Under the pieces are notes generated by a model. It saw only the letters and a program-made list of their open reading frames with translations, had not been told where the DNA came from and made no database searches. A program made the position numbers and the translations under genes. From NCBI GenBank assembly GCA_963700285.1, contig CAVOXA010000014.1, positions 800,001 through 864,000 on the forward strand: 64,000 nt of DNA, in the 5' to 3' direction. This DNA is from an uncultured Chloroflexia bacterium. Its GTDB lineage: Bacteria > Chloroflexota > Anaerolineae > JAAYZQ01. Shown piece by piece: positions 7,782-17,951 of this stretch (positions are counted from its first letter, which is position 1; every line of letters begins with the position of its first letter).

Positions 7782-8001
7782 AAAGTCAGAACCGCAGAAA
7801 CCGGGTATTTCGTGCTGTAAGGCAAGCAAACCACCCGAGACCCGACAACTACGTTCCCGGCTCTCGTCCTCGACGGCTGGGCCGGCCCAAAGGGACGCTC
7901 TTCCACAGCCATCCTCCGAACCAGACTGCCCCCAAACAGCGGCCAGCAGTCTGACGCCTCCGCGCTAGCCCAAGATGGCCCTTTGACCTCCTGCCGGTCC
8001 C

Positions 8002-9927
8002 TCAACCATAGTAGTAGGGCAGGATCACAGTCCACAAGGCGAGGGCATCCAGGGCGACGAGCGCCAGCAGCCCGGCCCAGGCAGCTTCCTTCAGCCAGTG
8101 GCGGGGCACCAGTTCGGCCCACCCAACGCACAAGAGCGTAGCCGTGGGGACAATGACGACTACCGCATACCGCGCCACCGGCCACTGAATGCCAGCGGTA
8201 GCGAATACCGGATGGATCCGCAGCGCCGCCCCCCCCCAGCCCGCCAGGAAGGCAGCGCCCAGGAGAGCCACGACGTGCACTTGCCACAGCTCGCGGTCCC
8301 GACCCCGACTGAGCCACCGCAGCAATTTCAGAGCCGCACCGGCTAGGCCGGCCAGGGTCAGCAGCAGCAGGGGGATAAAACAGAGATCGGGCAGGGCCAG
8401 ATGGTTCCAACCGAACCGCCCCCAGAAGCTTTGCAGCAGCATGAGCAGGTCCGGGCCGTAGACCCAGCCTGTACGCTCCAAATCCCACAGGGAGTGAAGG
8501 ACGTAGGTCACAGAGTAGCGGAACAGCGTCGTGTCGCCGATCCAGGCCCGGAGGCCCGGCCAGGCGCTCTCTGCGGAACCGTTGCGCACGAGGTTATCGA
8601 AGGGTCGCCCGGCCCACGATCCCGATTCGGCTGCGGCGGTGTCGAACTGGGGGGGCAAAGAAGCGGAAAAATCACCCGCGGCCAGCACGAGCCCATCCAA
8701 AAGAACCGCCTGGGAAGCGTCCGTGCTCGCTGGCAGGCGCGCGTGCACCGTAACGCTGGGCGCGTCCGCCGCCATCGTTGCCGTAATGACATGAAAGTGC
8801 CAGTCGCCCGCGGCCTGCACCTGGCGCCAGTGGAACGTCGAGCCGTCGGCCAAGCCCAGTATAACCGGTCCGGCCGGGCCTTCAGCCACCCGCAGCCAGG
8901 TCCCCAGCGTGACGGTCTGGCCCCGCAAGCGCTGGCCAGCCGATGGAGCGAGTTCTTGAAACAACATACGGGGATAGCGATCATCTCCGGCCGACAGGGC
9001 CAGCGCCGAGCGGCCCAGCACGGTGTCGGTGGCCAACCGGTTGGGAGCCGACGGCTCCTCTCGACCCTCCCAGAAAGCCGCCTGCCCGCCCCAGGTGACC
9101 GTCGCGACCAGGAAGACCAGGCTCAGCAGCGCCAGCCCCAGCCAGAACCAACGCCGCTGCCGTGGGACCAAGCCCTTTCTGAGAAGATACCCGCCGCCAA
9201 CTACCAGGAGGACCGCCACGGCCACGATGCTGGCCGTACTCTTGGTGGCGATGCAGGCGCCGGCCAGCAGCAGCACCAATCCGCCCTGCCATAGCAAAGG
9301 CCCACGGCGGATCATGCGCACGCTGGCCCACAACAACAGGGAGACGGCGGCGGCCGCGCCCACGTCGTTGTTGACCGAACTCATCAGATCCACAAATGGG
9401 GGAAGTAGCGCGATCAAGACAGCGACGGCCACGGGCAGCATCTGCCTCCGGGGAAAGACCTCGGTGACCAGGCCAAATGCTGAGGCCACGACAACCAGGC
9501 CGAGCAGAATCGAGCCCAGGCGCGCCAGATAGAGCTGGACGCCGACCCCCTGGTGCCTGGCCAGCCGCTGGGGCAAGGCCAGCAGCGCATAGTAGAGCGG
9601 TGGATGCACCAACTCCGTGATGCCAATGTCAGGAGGTGTGGTAGACCAAAAGTCGATGCTGGGACTGCCGGGATCCGCCCAGAAGCCTGACTCGCGCATC
9701 GAGGCAGCGATCTCCCGCCTCATCTCCAGGTCATAGTCGTCAGCCTGGGGGAGTCTTCCCTGCTCGGCAATCAGGCGGACGTACTCAAAGTGAGTCGGCT
9801 CATCGTAGTGCTGCCAGGGAGGAAAGGCAACCAGGTATAACAGGCCACGCACGAACATCAGTACGAGGACCAGGGCCAAGAACAAAAGCTGCCGCCGTCC
9901 CAAGTGTGGCAGAGGCATGGTTGGCAA
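8002..9927 (-). CDS. Multi-pass GT-C fold (PMT/ArnT/DUF2142-like) membrane glycosyltransferase with internal carbohydrate-binding-like domain
   Basis: PPWQHYDEPTH after TM1, HPPLYY, SVNND, SFWGRFGW, ARY; ~200-aa soluble beta-rich insert. Confidence 0.7.
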   Translation of the reverse strand: MPTMPLPHLGRRQLLFLALVLVLMFVRGLLYLVAFPPWQHYDEPTHFEYVRLIAEQGRLPQADDYDLEMRREIAASMRESGFWADPGSPSIDFWSTTPPDIGITELVHPPLYYALLALPQRLARHQGVGVQLYLARLGSILLGLVVVASAFGLVTEVFPRRQMLPVAVAVLIALLPPFVDLMSSVNNDVGAAAAVSLLLWASVRMIRRGPLLWQGGLVLLLAGACIATKSTASIVAVAVLLVVGGGYLLRKGLVPRQRRWFWLGLALLSLVFLVATVTWGGQAAFWEGREEPSAPNRLATDTVLGRSALALSAGDDRYPRMLFQELAPSAGQRLRGQTVTLGTWLRVAEGPAGPVILGLADGSTFHWRQVQAAGDWHFHVITATMAADAPSVTVHARLPASTDASQAVLLDGLVLAAGDFSASLPPQFDTAAAESGSWAGRPFDNLVRNGSAESAWPGLRAWIGDTTLFRYSVTYVLHSLWDLERTGWVYGPDLLMLLQSFWGRFGWNHLALPDLCFIPLLLLTLAGLAGAALKLLRWLSRGRDRELWQVHVVALLGAAFLAGWGGAALRIHPVFATAGIQWPVARYAVVVIVPTATLLCVGWAELVPRHWLKEAAWAGLLALVALDALALWTVILPYYYG

Positions 9928-10005
9928 GATTCCTATCAGATGCGACGGATCACAGGGGCCTGGCAGGCGGTGGGCGAGCCAACAGAAGATGCCAATTCGC
10001 GCGGG

Positions 10006-11415
10006 CTAGTAGGCACCCCTGCCCCTGAATACCGCGCCCGCAGTGCGCCAGAGGATCTGAATGTCAAGGAGAAGGGAATAGTGCTGGATGTAGAACAGAT
10101 CCTCCTCGCTATGGAGATACATGGGTTGATCGCTGCGGCCGTTGACCTGCCACCAGCCGGTGATCCCCTGGGGCACACCAAAGCGCTGCCACTGCCAGGG
10201 TTCGTATTGCTCCACGAGCCAGGGCAGTTCCGGTCGAGGGCCGACGAGGCTCATCTCTCCTTTGAGCACATTCAGGAGTTGAGGGATCTCGTCCAGGCTC
10301 GTGCGGCGCAACAGCCTGCCGGCACGAGTCACCCGGGGATCGTCAGGTTGCTTGTTCAGGAGCTGCCGCTCCCCTACCTCCTTCGCCATGGCGGTCTCCA
10401 TCTGCTCAGCCCCAGCAACCATCGAGCGAAACTTGTACATCGAAAACAGGCAGCCATTCTCGCCGACTCGCTGCTGCCTGAAAAGAACAGGCCCCGGAGA
10501 GTCCAGGCGGATGGCGATGGCCACCAGGGCCATGAGGGGCAGAGTCAAGACAAAGAGAAAGGTTCCGGCTACAAGATCAAAGGCCCGCTTGACCTGTCGC
10601 TCAAAGGGGTCCAGCGTCGGCTGCCCCAGCGTGATCATGGGTACCCCGGCAAACTCATCCACCTTGGTACGAAAGAGCGTGGTCTTGAAATAATCGGGAA
10701 GAATCCGGACTTGGACGGGCAGATTCTGAAGTTCGGCAATGAGGCGCAAGAGCTGGTCGTAGGCTTGCAAGGGCAGGGCGATGACGACTTCGGCAATCCC
10801 TTGGGCTTGGACGTGGTGGGCCACCTCGTCGACCTTGCCAAGTACTGGATGGCCAGCCACCTCTGTCTGGGGGGCGATCTCGTTGTCCAGGAAACCTACA
10901 GGTTCCAGCCCCGCCCAGCGATAACGCTCGATCATGCGCACGATATCGCGCCCGGCATCGCCAGCTTCCACAACCAACACCCTGCGGCGGGGATAGGCAG
11001 GTTGGTTTCTTTTCCCCATCAGCCAGCGCAGCAGCAGGCGGTAACCAATCAGAAACAAAAGATCCAGCGTGTAGAAAGTAATGATCTGCAGCCGCGAGAC
11101 CTGCCGAAAGGAGAAATAGAGCACGCAGCCAAGGGTCAGGGTAGCCAGCGTCACGGCTACGACCATGAGCTGGGCCTCTTCGAAGGGGCGCAGGGTGCGA
11201 GGCGTGTACACAGATAACAACAGAAAAGCTGTGCTCCAGATCAGCGCCACCAGAGCATAGACGATCGGAGAAAGGCTTGTGTGCTCGGCCGTCAGAGGCA
11301 TGCCAAAGGGCAGCCACGGTCTCAGAACACTTGCCAGGAATAGGGCAAACAGCGTAAGAATGATGTCTGAGGCAAAGCGAACCAGGGCATGGCTGGTTCC
11401 CGGCCGATCGAACAT
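10006..11415 (-). CDS. Priming polyprenyl-phosphate sugar-1-phosphate transferase (WcaJ/WbaP type)
   Basis: N-terminal TMs, CoA-binding-like domain, KRAFD, YKFRSM, DPRVT, SLDEIPQL.NVLKGEMSLVGPRPE, GITGWWQVNGR. Confidence 0.92.
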   Translation of the reverse strand: MFDRPGTSHALVRFASDIILTLFALFLASVLRPWLPFGMPLTAEHTSLSPIVYALVALIWSTAFLLLSVYTPRTLRPFEEAQLMVVAVTLATLTLGCVLYFSFRQVSRLQIITFYTLDLLFLIGYRLLLRWLMGKRNQPAYPRRRVLVVEAGDAGRDIVRMIERYRWAGLEPVGFLDNEIAPQTEVAGHPVLGKVDEVAHHVQAQGIAEVVIALPLQAYDQLLRLIAELQNLPVQVRILPDYFKTTLFRTKVDEFAGVPMITLGQPTLDPFERQVKRAFDLVAGTFLFVLTLPLMALVAIAIRLDSPGPVLFRQQRVGENGCLFSMYKFRSMVAGAEQMETAMAKEVGERQLLNKQPDDPRVTRAGRLLRRTSLDEIPQLLNVLKGEMSLVGPRPELPWLVEQYEPWQWQRFGVPQGITGWWQVNGRSDQPMYLHSEEDLFYIQHYSLLLDIQILWRTAGAVFRGRGAY

Positions 11416-11428
11416 GCTACCGATTCCG

Positions 11429-14227
11429 TTACTTTACCACGATGTTTACCAGGCGGCCAGGCACAACAACAACCTTGACAATCTGCTTGCCAGAAACGTG
11501 CCGCTGAGCGCCTTCCGTATCCAAGGCCAGGGTACGGGCCGTATCCTGGTCTACCCCAACCGGCACATCAATCCGATCGCGCACCTTGCCGTTGACCTGC
11601 ACCACCAGGGTGACCATTTCTTCGGCGGCCACGGCCGCGTCCCATTCCGGCCAGGACTGCAGATGGATGGAATAAGGACGGCAGCTGCGCATCCAGAGCT
11701 CCTCGGCGATATGAGGGCAAGCCGGAGCCAGCATCAGGAGCAGGGCTTCCACTGCCTCTTCCCATGCCTCGGTACCATAGATGGGCGTGCCTTTGGCCTT
11801 AAGCATGGCATTGTTCAGCTCCATCAGATTGGCGATGTAGGTATTGAAACTGAAAGCCTCCATATCCTCAGTGCCCTTGCGGATGGCCTGATGGACCTTG
11901 CGGCGCAGGTCGCGGGCGGCCTGCGCCGCGGGTGCGGAATCGCCCTGGTTCCCTGGCTCCAGAACGCAGTCCCACACGCGCGCCAGGAAGCGAACGACTC
12001 CTTCAATGCCCTGTGAATCCCACGGACCGCCCTGGTCCCATCGCCAGCCAAACATCAAGTAGGCGCGCACGGTATCGGCGCCGTAGCGCGCCACCAAGTC
12101 ATCTGGTGAAATGACGTTGCCCCGGCTCTTGGACATCTTTTCGCCATCCTCGCCCAGGATGATTCCCTGGTTGCGGAGCATGGTCATGGGCTCATCAAAA
12201 TCGACGATTCCCAGGTCGCGCATGGCCTTGGTAAAGAACCGGGTGTAGATAAGGTGCATGGTCGCGTGCTCGATGCCGCCCGTGTACACATCCACCGGCG
12301 CCCAGTAGGCAGTTTCGACTGGATCCATAGGCATCGAGTCCGCGTGCGTGGGCTCCCCGTCGCGGTAGTAGGGGCTCAGGTAGGCATACTGATACCACGA
12401 AGAGCACATAAAAGTGTCCATGGTGTCCGTCTCCCGGGTGGCTGGGCCACCGCAACTGGGGCAAGTCGTATTCAGAAACCCTTCATGAAACCTGAGCGGA
12501 CTCTCACCCGTGGGACGGAACTCGGCATCCTCCGGCAGCACTACTGGCAGGTCCTCGTAGGCTACGGGCTGCACCCCACAATCGTCACAGTAGACCATGG
12601 GGATCGGCGCACCCCACATGCGCTGGCGGCTGATCAGCCAATCGTGCAGGCGGTAGTTGACCTTAAAATGGCCTTTGCCTTCGGCATCCAGCCATTCGGT
12701 CACACGCTGCTTGGCAGCATCGCCAGGCGTCCCACTGAACTGGTTGGAGTTTATCATGGTGCCATAGTCGGCATGGAACAGCACATCCCGGTAGAAAGGC
12801 AGGCTCCAGAGCATCTCCATCACTGTGCGATATTTGCTGGCCCTTTGAGCGAGCGATTGGCAACGGGTCATAATCGTCCTGTCGCTCTCCTCAGAGCACA
12901 AGGGCATCACAGCATCTTTGAAGATAAAGGACCAGCACCCCCCGACGACCTCGCTCCAGGCGCCGGGGCGCAGGTATGCCTGCACCAGCGTCGCGTAGCG
13001 AGCAGCCTCATCGGCCGGCATCGTCACGAACAGGCCCTGGTCTGTCTCTTCAAAGGAGAAGCCGGCCCGCTGCAGGGCCTCCCCAAGCCCATCCTCTGCC
13101 TCTCCAGCAGGAACATAACTCTTGGTCACCCTGTCGAGCCGGTCAATCACCGGAATGATGGACAGCCCATACCTGAGGGCAAACTGGAAGTCCCGTTCGT
13201 CATGCGCAGGCACGGCCATGATTGCTCCCGTACCGTAGGACATCATCACATAGTCAGCGATCCAAATGGGGATGCGCGCGCCGTTGACGGGATTGACAGC
13301 GTCAGCGCCGATATAGACGCCGGTCTTGTCCTTCTCGGTACTCAGTCGCTCGATCTCGGTCTGGCGGGTGGCCTGGGCCACATAGGCGTCCACCTCGGCG
13401 CGGCGGTCGGGTGTGGTCAGTCTGTGGACCAAAGGATGTTCGGGGGCCAGGACCATGAAGGTGGCCCCCCACAGGGTATCAGGCCGGGTCGTATAGACCA
13501 CAATGTCGTCGCCCTCTTCAGACTTGAAGGTAACATCGGCGCCCTCACTGCGGCCGATCCAGTTGGTCTGCATGGCCTGAACTCGCTCGGGCCAGTCAAT
13601 GTGGCTAAAATCGAGGAGTTCATCGGCATAGCTGGTGATGCGAAAGAACCACTGCTCCAGATCCTTCTTGATGACCGGGGTATGGCATCGCTCGCAGTGG
13701 CGGTCTTCGCCCCACACCTGCTCCCGGGCCAGGGTCGTATTGCACTGTGGGCAAAAGTCGACGGGTGCAGCGGCCCGATAGGCAATGCCCGCTTCGTAGA
13801 ACTTGAGGAAGAACCACTCGGACCAACGATAGTAGCCAGGCAGGCAAGAGATGGCTTCGCGCTCCCAATCAAACATCGCGCCCATGGTTCTGAGCTGGCG
13901 CTGCATCTTTTCGATGTTGGACATGGTCCAGATATGGGGATGGATACCCCGCTCAATGGCGGCGTTCTCCGCGGGAAGGCCAAAAGCATCAAAACCCATG
14001 GGGAACAGGACGTTGTAGCCCTGCATTCGCATGAAGCGTGCCCGGACATCGGAGGGCGCCATGGCGTACCAGTGGCCAATGTGCAGATCGCCACTCGGGT
14101 AGGGCAACATGGTCATGGCATAGTGCTTGGTCTTGCCTGGATCAATCACGGAGCGGTAGAGGTTGTCAGCCTCCCAGCGCGCTTGCCACTTGGGCTCGAT
14201 CTCGCCGGGTGTGTATTTGTCGGCCAT
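11429..14227 (-). CDS. leuS: Leucine--tRNA ligase
   Basis: PYPSGDLHIGH, GFDAFGLPAENAA, YTTRPDT, GTGAIMAVPAHD, DWLISRQR, KMSKS, VQVNGKVR. Confidence 0.97.
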   Translation of the reverse strand: MADKYTPGEIEPKWQARWEADNLYRSVIDPGKTKHYAMTMLPYPSGDLHIGHWYAMAPSDVRARFMRMQGYNVLFPMGFDAFGLPAENAAIERGIHPHIWTMSNIEKMQRQLRTMGAMFDWEREAISCLPGYYRWSEWFFLKFYEAGIAYRAAAPVDFCPQCNTTLAREQVWGEDRHCERCHTPVIKKDLEQWFFRITSYADELLDFSHIDWPERVQAMQTNWIGRSEGADVTFKSEEGDDIVVYTTRPDTLWGATFMVLAPEHPLVHRLTTPDRRAEVDAYVAQATRQTEIERLSTEKDKTGVYIGADAVNPVNGARIPIWIADYVMMSYGTGAIMAVPAHDERDFQFALRYGLSIIPVIDRLDRVTKSYVPAGEAEDGLGEALQRAGFSFEETDQGLFVTMPADEAARYATLVQAYLRPGAWSEVVGGCWSFIFKDAVMPLCSEESDRTIMTRCQSLAQRASKYRTVMEMLWSLPFYRDVLFHADYGTMINSNQFSGTPGDAAKQRVTEWLDAEGKGHFKVNYRLHDWLISRQRMWGAPIPMVYCDDCGVQPVAYEDLPVVLPEDAEFRPTGESPLRFHEGFLNTTCPSCGGPATRETDTMDTFMCSSWYQYAYLSPYYRDGEPTHADSMPMDPVETAYWAPVDVYTGGIEHATMHLIYTRFFTKAMRDLGIVDFDEPMTMLRNQGIILGEDGEKMSKSRGNVISPDDLVARYGADTVRAYLMFGWRWDQGGPWDSQGIEGVVRFLARVWDCVLEPGNQGDSAPAAQAARDLRRKVHQAIRKGTEDMEAFSFNTYIANLMELNNAMLKAKGTPIYGTEAWEEAVEALLLMLAPACPHIAEELWMRSCRPYSIHLQSWPEWDAAVAAEEMVTLVVQVNGKVRDRIDVPVGVDQDTARTLALDTEGAQRHVSGKQIVKVVVVPGRLVNIVVK

Positions 14228-14331
14228 ACGTTCTCCTGGATTAGGGCCACCGTCTGGGGTTTCGTGGTTGTCAAGCTGTCTCTGGCACGGCTCGCATTAC
14301 ACCCGGTCGGTGAATTGTACAGTCTAGGCCC

Positions 14332-14360
14332 AGTATACCGCACAACGAGCAGCTAGTCAA
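14332..14360 (-). promoter_or_regulatory. Sigma70-like promoter for leuS
   Basis: Minus strand TTGACT-17-TATACT. Confidence 0.65.
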
Positions 14361-14380
14361 TTCCAAAAGAAGCATCATGC

Positions 14381-14409
14381 AAAACCCCCTTCGCCAAAGA
14401 CGAAGGGGG
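14381..14409 (-). terminator. Terminator downstream of tRNA pair
   Basis: cccccttcg/cgaaggggg stem, A4 on left (U-tract on minus strand). Confidence 0.7.
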
Positions 14410-14429
14410 CCGGCAGACACCTTCTCAGT

Positions 14430-14506
<77 letters not shown>

Positions 14507-14537
14507 ACAAAGACTCTATCTAATTGGGAAAGCTGGC

Positions 14538-14613
<76 letters not shown>

Positions 14614-14632
14614 CCGCGCCATTACGTGCCGT

Positions 14633-14661
14633 AGTATAGCCCAGAACGGTCGAGTTGTCAA
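14633..14661 (-). promoter_or_regulatory. Sigma70 promoter of tRNA operon
   Basis: Minus strand TTGACA-17-TATACT. Confidence 0.8.
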
Positions 14662-14774
14662 AACCGTGTAGAGCCAGGATCCACTCAGAATCTTGCAGAG
14701 CATGGAGGTGAGATTTTGAGTCTCACCGCGCCTGTGGTATGCTTGGGTCACCTCTGGAAGAAGGAGCATCCACG

Positions 14775-15390
14775 ATGAAACTGGATCTGCAACGCCTGGA
14801 AGTTGGGCCCTGGCCTGTCAACTGCTATCTGCTTTGCTGCCCAGCGACAGGTCAGGTGGCCATTGTAGATCCTGGTGCCGATGCGGCCACAATTCTCTCG
14901 GCCGTTGCAAAAGCTCAGGTCTGTTGCATACTCTTGACCCATGGTCACCCGGACCATACCGGCGCCCTCGTTGAGGTCCAGCGGATCACGGGCGCTCCCG
15001 CTGGCATCCATCTGGAGGATGCAGTGGCCTTTGGCCTGGAAGCTGACTTTCCCCTGATGGATGGCATGGAGGTGGAAGTCGGACGCGGACGGGTGACCGT
15101 CGCACACACACCGGGCCATACGCCAGGCAGCGTCTGCCTGCGGCTCAGAGGTCAAGCTGTGGTGGGTGACGCGGTCTTTCCGGGCGGGCCGGGTCACACG
15201 GCAACTACCGGATGCCTTGGCACAGAGTCTGATTTCGTTGGGACGGACGGTTTTTCGTTGGCCCAAGAATACGGAACTGTATCCCGGGCACGGCGGTCCA
15301 ACAACAGTCGGCGCAGAACGCAAGGCCTATCAGCAATTTCTCGTGGCTGACCACCCGCCTGATCTGTGCGGCGATGTAAAATGGCGCTAG
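14775..15390 (+). pseudogene. MBL-fold metallo-hydrolase (glyoxalase II-like), frameshifted near 15206
   Basis: THGHPDH, HTPGHTPGS, GDAVFPGGPG in first frame; LYPGHGGPTTVGAER motif lies in another frame (ORF 15166..15390). Confidence 0.8.
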
Positions 15391-15693
15391 CCCTTCGGCC
15401 ACCAAAATGGTATGGCTCTTCAGGTAGCCCATCCTGTGCAGCCTTGCGCCATTGGGTTTGCGGCCAACGATCTTTTATGTTGAATTACGATACGATGGGC
15501 AGACGTCACCTCTCTACAAATCCAGCTGGCCTCGGCCCAACCCTTGTGCAGTTGGACGAAAGCCAGCACACTGAGGATGTCCATGGTACCCTGCTGCACA
15601 GCCCCTGGTGTTGTTGCCGCATCGAACAGGTCCCCCTCACTGGACTGTAGCAAGCTGGGAAGCACAGCAGCAGCTCCACCTGTAGGAGGAGAA

Positions 15694-17862
15694 ATGATCG
15701 GCCAGGTTATTATGGGCAGGTTCAGGATATACGATGAGGTCGGGGCGGGTGGATTCGCGACGGTGTATTTGGGCCGTAACCTGGACACCAACGAAATCGT
15801 GGCGGTCAAGGTTCTTAGCCAGCAACTTACCAGGGACGGCCGTTATGTTGAGCGCTTTCGGCGTGAGGCAATGCTAGCTCAGCACTTGCAGCACCCGAAC
15901 ATCGTGCGTGTCCTGGACTATGGCATGGAAGAAGGCAACCACTTCCTTGTCATGGAGTTCGTCGAGGGGGTGACTCTGGACAAAGTCATCCAGCGAAAGG
16001 GCACACTTTCCGTCACTGAGGCCCGTTCCTATGGTGAACAGACCTGCGCGGCGTTGGATGCTGCCTTTCAGGTCGGAATCATTCACCGCGACATCAAGCC
16101 AGCAAATCTGATGATCACACCTGGTGGCAGAGTCAAGGTCATGGACTTTGGTATTGCTCGTGTAGAATCGATGTCCGACCTGACTCAGACCGGCACCTTT
16201 ATGGGCACACCGCGCTACATCTCGCCCGAAATAGCTCAGGGCTCTCCCGCCGATGTGCGATCTGACCTCTATTCCCTGGGATTGGTCATCTATGAGATGC
16301 TCGTCGGCGCACCTCCGTTTGACGCCGGGAACTCTTGGGCAGTACTGCGCATGCAGCTCGAGAGGGATCTTCCTCCAATACGAAAGATCCGTCCGGACGT
16401 ACCGGCATGGCTGGAAGCGGTCATCCTTCGAGCAGCAGCCAAGGCGCCCGCTGAACGGTACCAGACACCTGCAGAGATGCTGGCCGCGCTGAGAAAGCAA
16501 AACTCAGTTGCAGGCAGCTTGCCAGGGCCAAAATCTGCAGCGCCGCTTGGCGAAACCATCCTTCCAGTCACCACCGCCCCGATCACGCCCAAACGAGAAG
16601 CGTCCAGAGCCCTGGTCAGAGGTCTGGTTGCTGCCGTTGTCCTGCTGACCATTGGGCTGATCGTGCTCTTGCTCTTTGCCCTCAGCGACGACCAGGCCAG
16701 GATCGCACCCGCAACCACGGGCATCACTTTGAGCAACGCCGGCAGCACCATTGCTCTGCCCACGAGTACTGCAATGGTGATCATCGTCACGGCTACGCCA
16801 GGCGCTGTCACAGCCACAAACACCCGGGCTCATACCCCGATCCCTACCCAGGCTGAGTCATCGCCCACTCACACCCCTTTGCCGCCGACCCATACACCGT
16901 TGCCTACGGCTACCACTACGCCTTCAGCCGAGCCCACCGATGTACCGGAGCCAACCGTACCTCCCACTCAAGGTCCAACCAACCCTCCTCAACCAACCGA
17001 TACACCGACAAGTGCGCCCGTACCATCAGCGAAAGGCAGGATTACGTTCAGTGCCAGTGGGGTGCTCCACATCGTTGATGCGGCAACTGGTCAAGACACC
17101 GTCGCACCCATCGCCGGCATGCGCCAGCCCGATCTCAGAGCTGATGGGCAACAGATCATCGCCAATGGTGAGGGAGCAGGTAAAGATAGCCTATGGACCA
17201 TCAACGCCAACACGGGCACCTTTGATCGCGAACAAGTCCCTTTCACGAACGATTTCCACCCCAGCTGGTCACCGGACGGAAGCCGCTTTGCATACGATTC
17301 ACTCCACCACGGATTAGGCAACTTTGAGATGCTATACACCCAGAGCCTCGCAGGTCCGGGAGCCCAACCCGAGGTCAGCCTCGCCCACAACGGGCAGCAA
17401 ATCCGCGGCAGTTCGCCGGTATGGATGCACGACGATTGGATTGCTTTCACGGGTTGCGATTATTGGCCTGGCGGCTCGGGCGGGTCCAAGTGTGGCCTCT
17501 ACCGCATGCCTAGCTGGGGTGGTCAGCCCCTCCCCATTCTCTCTGGCGCCACCAACATGTATGCTACGGACAACCATGGGGACCAATTACTGTACATGAG
17601 CCCGGAGGACGGCAACTGGGAAGTCTACATCGTACTCAACCAGGGTGGGGCTACCCGCAATCTTTCGCAGAGCCCTGGATCGCAGGATGGAGCGGGGACC
17701 TTCTCGCCTGATGGCAAGCTCGTCGCCTTTGTTTCCGACGCAGGCGGGGCCTGGGCCATCTGGGCCGCAAAGCCAGATGGAACCGGGCGGACCAAACTGT
17801 TCGATCTACCCGGCCCGCTGACCACCCCATGGGAGCAGGAAAGGATCTCCTGGGGACCTTGA
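15694..17862 (+). CDS. Membrane Ser/Thr protein kinase with Pro/Thr linker and TolB-like (PD40) extracellular domain
   Basis: GAGGFATVY, VAVK, HRDIKPAN, DFGIAR, GTPRYISPE; TM; PT repeats; PSWSPDG and FSPDG repeats; SD aggagga. Confidence 0.92.
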   Translation: MIGQVIMGRFRIYDEVGAGGFATVYLGRNLDTNEIVAVKVLSQQLTRDGRYVERFRREAMLAQHLQHPNIVRVLDYGMEEGNHFLVMEFVEGVTLDKVIQRKGTLSVTEARSYGEQTCAALDAAFQVGIIHRDIKPANLMITPGGRVKVMDFGIARVESMSDLTQTGTFMGTPRYISPEIAQGSPADVRSDLYSLGLVIYEMLVGAPPFDAGNSWAVLRMQLERDLPPIRKIRPDVPAWLEAVILRAAAKAPAERYQTPAEMLAALRKQNSVAGSLPGPKSAAPLGETILPVTTAPITPKREASRALVRGLVAAVVLLTIGLIVLLLFALSDDQARIAPATTGITLSNAGSTIALPTSTAMVIIVTATPGAVTATNTRAHTPIPTQAESSPTHTPLPPTHTPLPTATTTPSAEPTDVPEPTVPPTQGPTNPPQPTDTPTSAPVPSAKGRITFSASGVLHIVDAATGQDTVAPIAGMRQPDLRADGQQIIANGEGAGKDSLWTINANTGTFDREQVPFTNDFHPSWSPDGSRFAYDSLHHGLGNFEMLYTQSLAGPGAQPEVSLAHNGQQIRGSSPVWMHDDWIAFTGCDYWPGGSGGSKCGLYRMPSWGGQPLPILSGATNMYATDNHGDQLLYMSPEDGNWEVYIVLNQGGATRNLSQSPGSQDGAGTFSPDGKLVAFVSDAGGAWAIWAAKPDGTGRTKLFDLPGPLTTPWEQERISWGP

Positions 17863-17951
17863 GGCCGACGGCAACGCAAAGCCCAACGGAGGAACTGGCC
17901 CAGGACAAGGCGGCTGGGTTCCCATCACAGTTAGAAAGGCACGAGAACCAG

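Noticed and set aside
14228-14330. Possible T-box leader upstream of leuS
   Set aside because: Leader only ~100 nt, no GGTGGNACCGCG motif or terminator.
12254-14356. 700-aa plus-strand ORF
   Set aside because: Antisense shadow of leuS; no recognisable motifs; expected in GC-rich DNA.
17863-17930. c-di-GMP-I riboswitch-like words (acgcaaagcc...gctgggttccc) upstream of mazG
   Set aside because: The GGCAAACC..GAAA stem is missing; only short word matches. An Infernal search would settle it.
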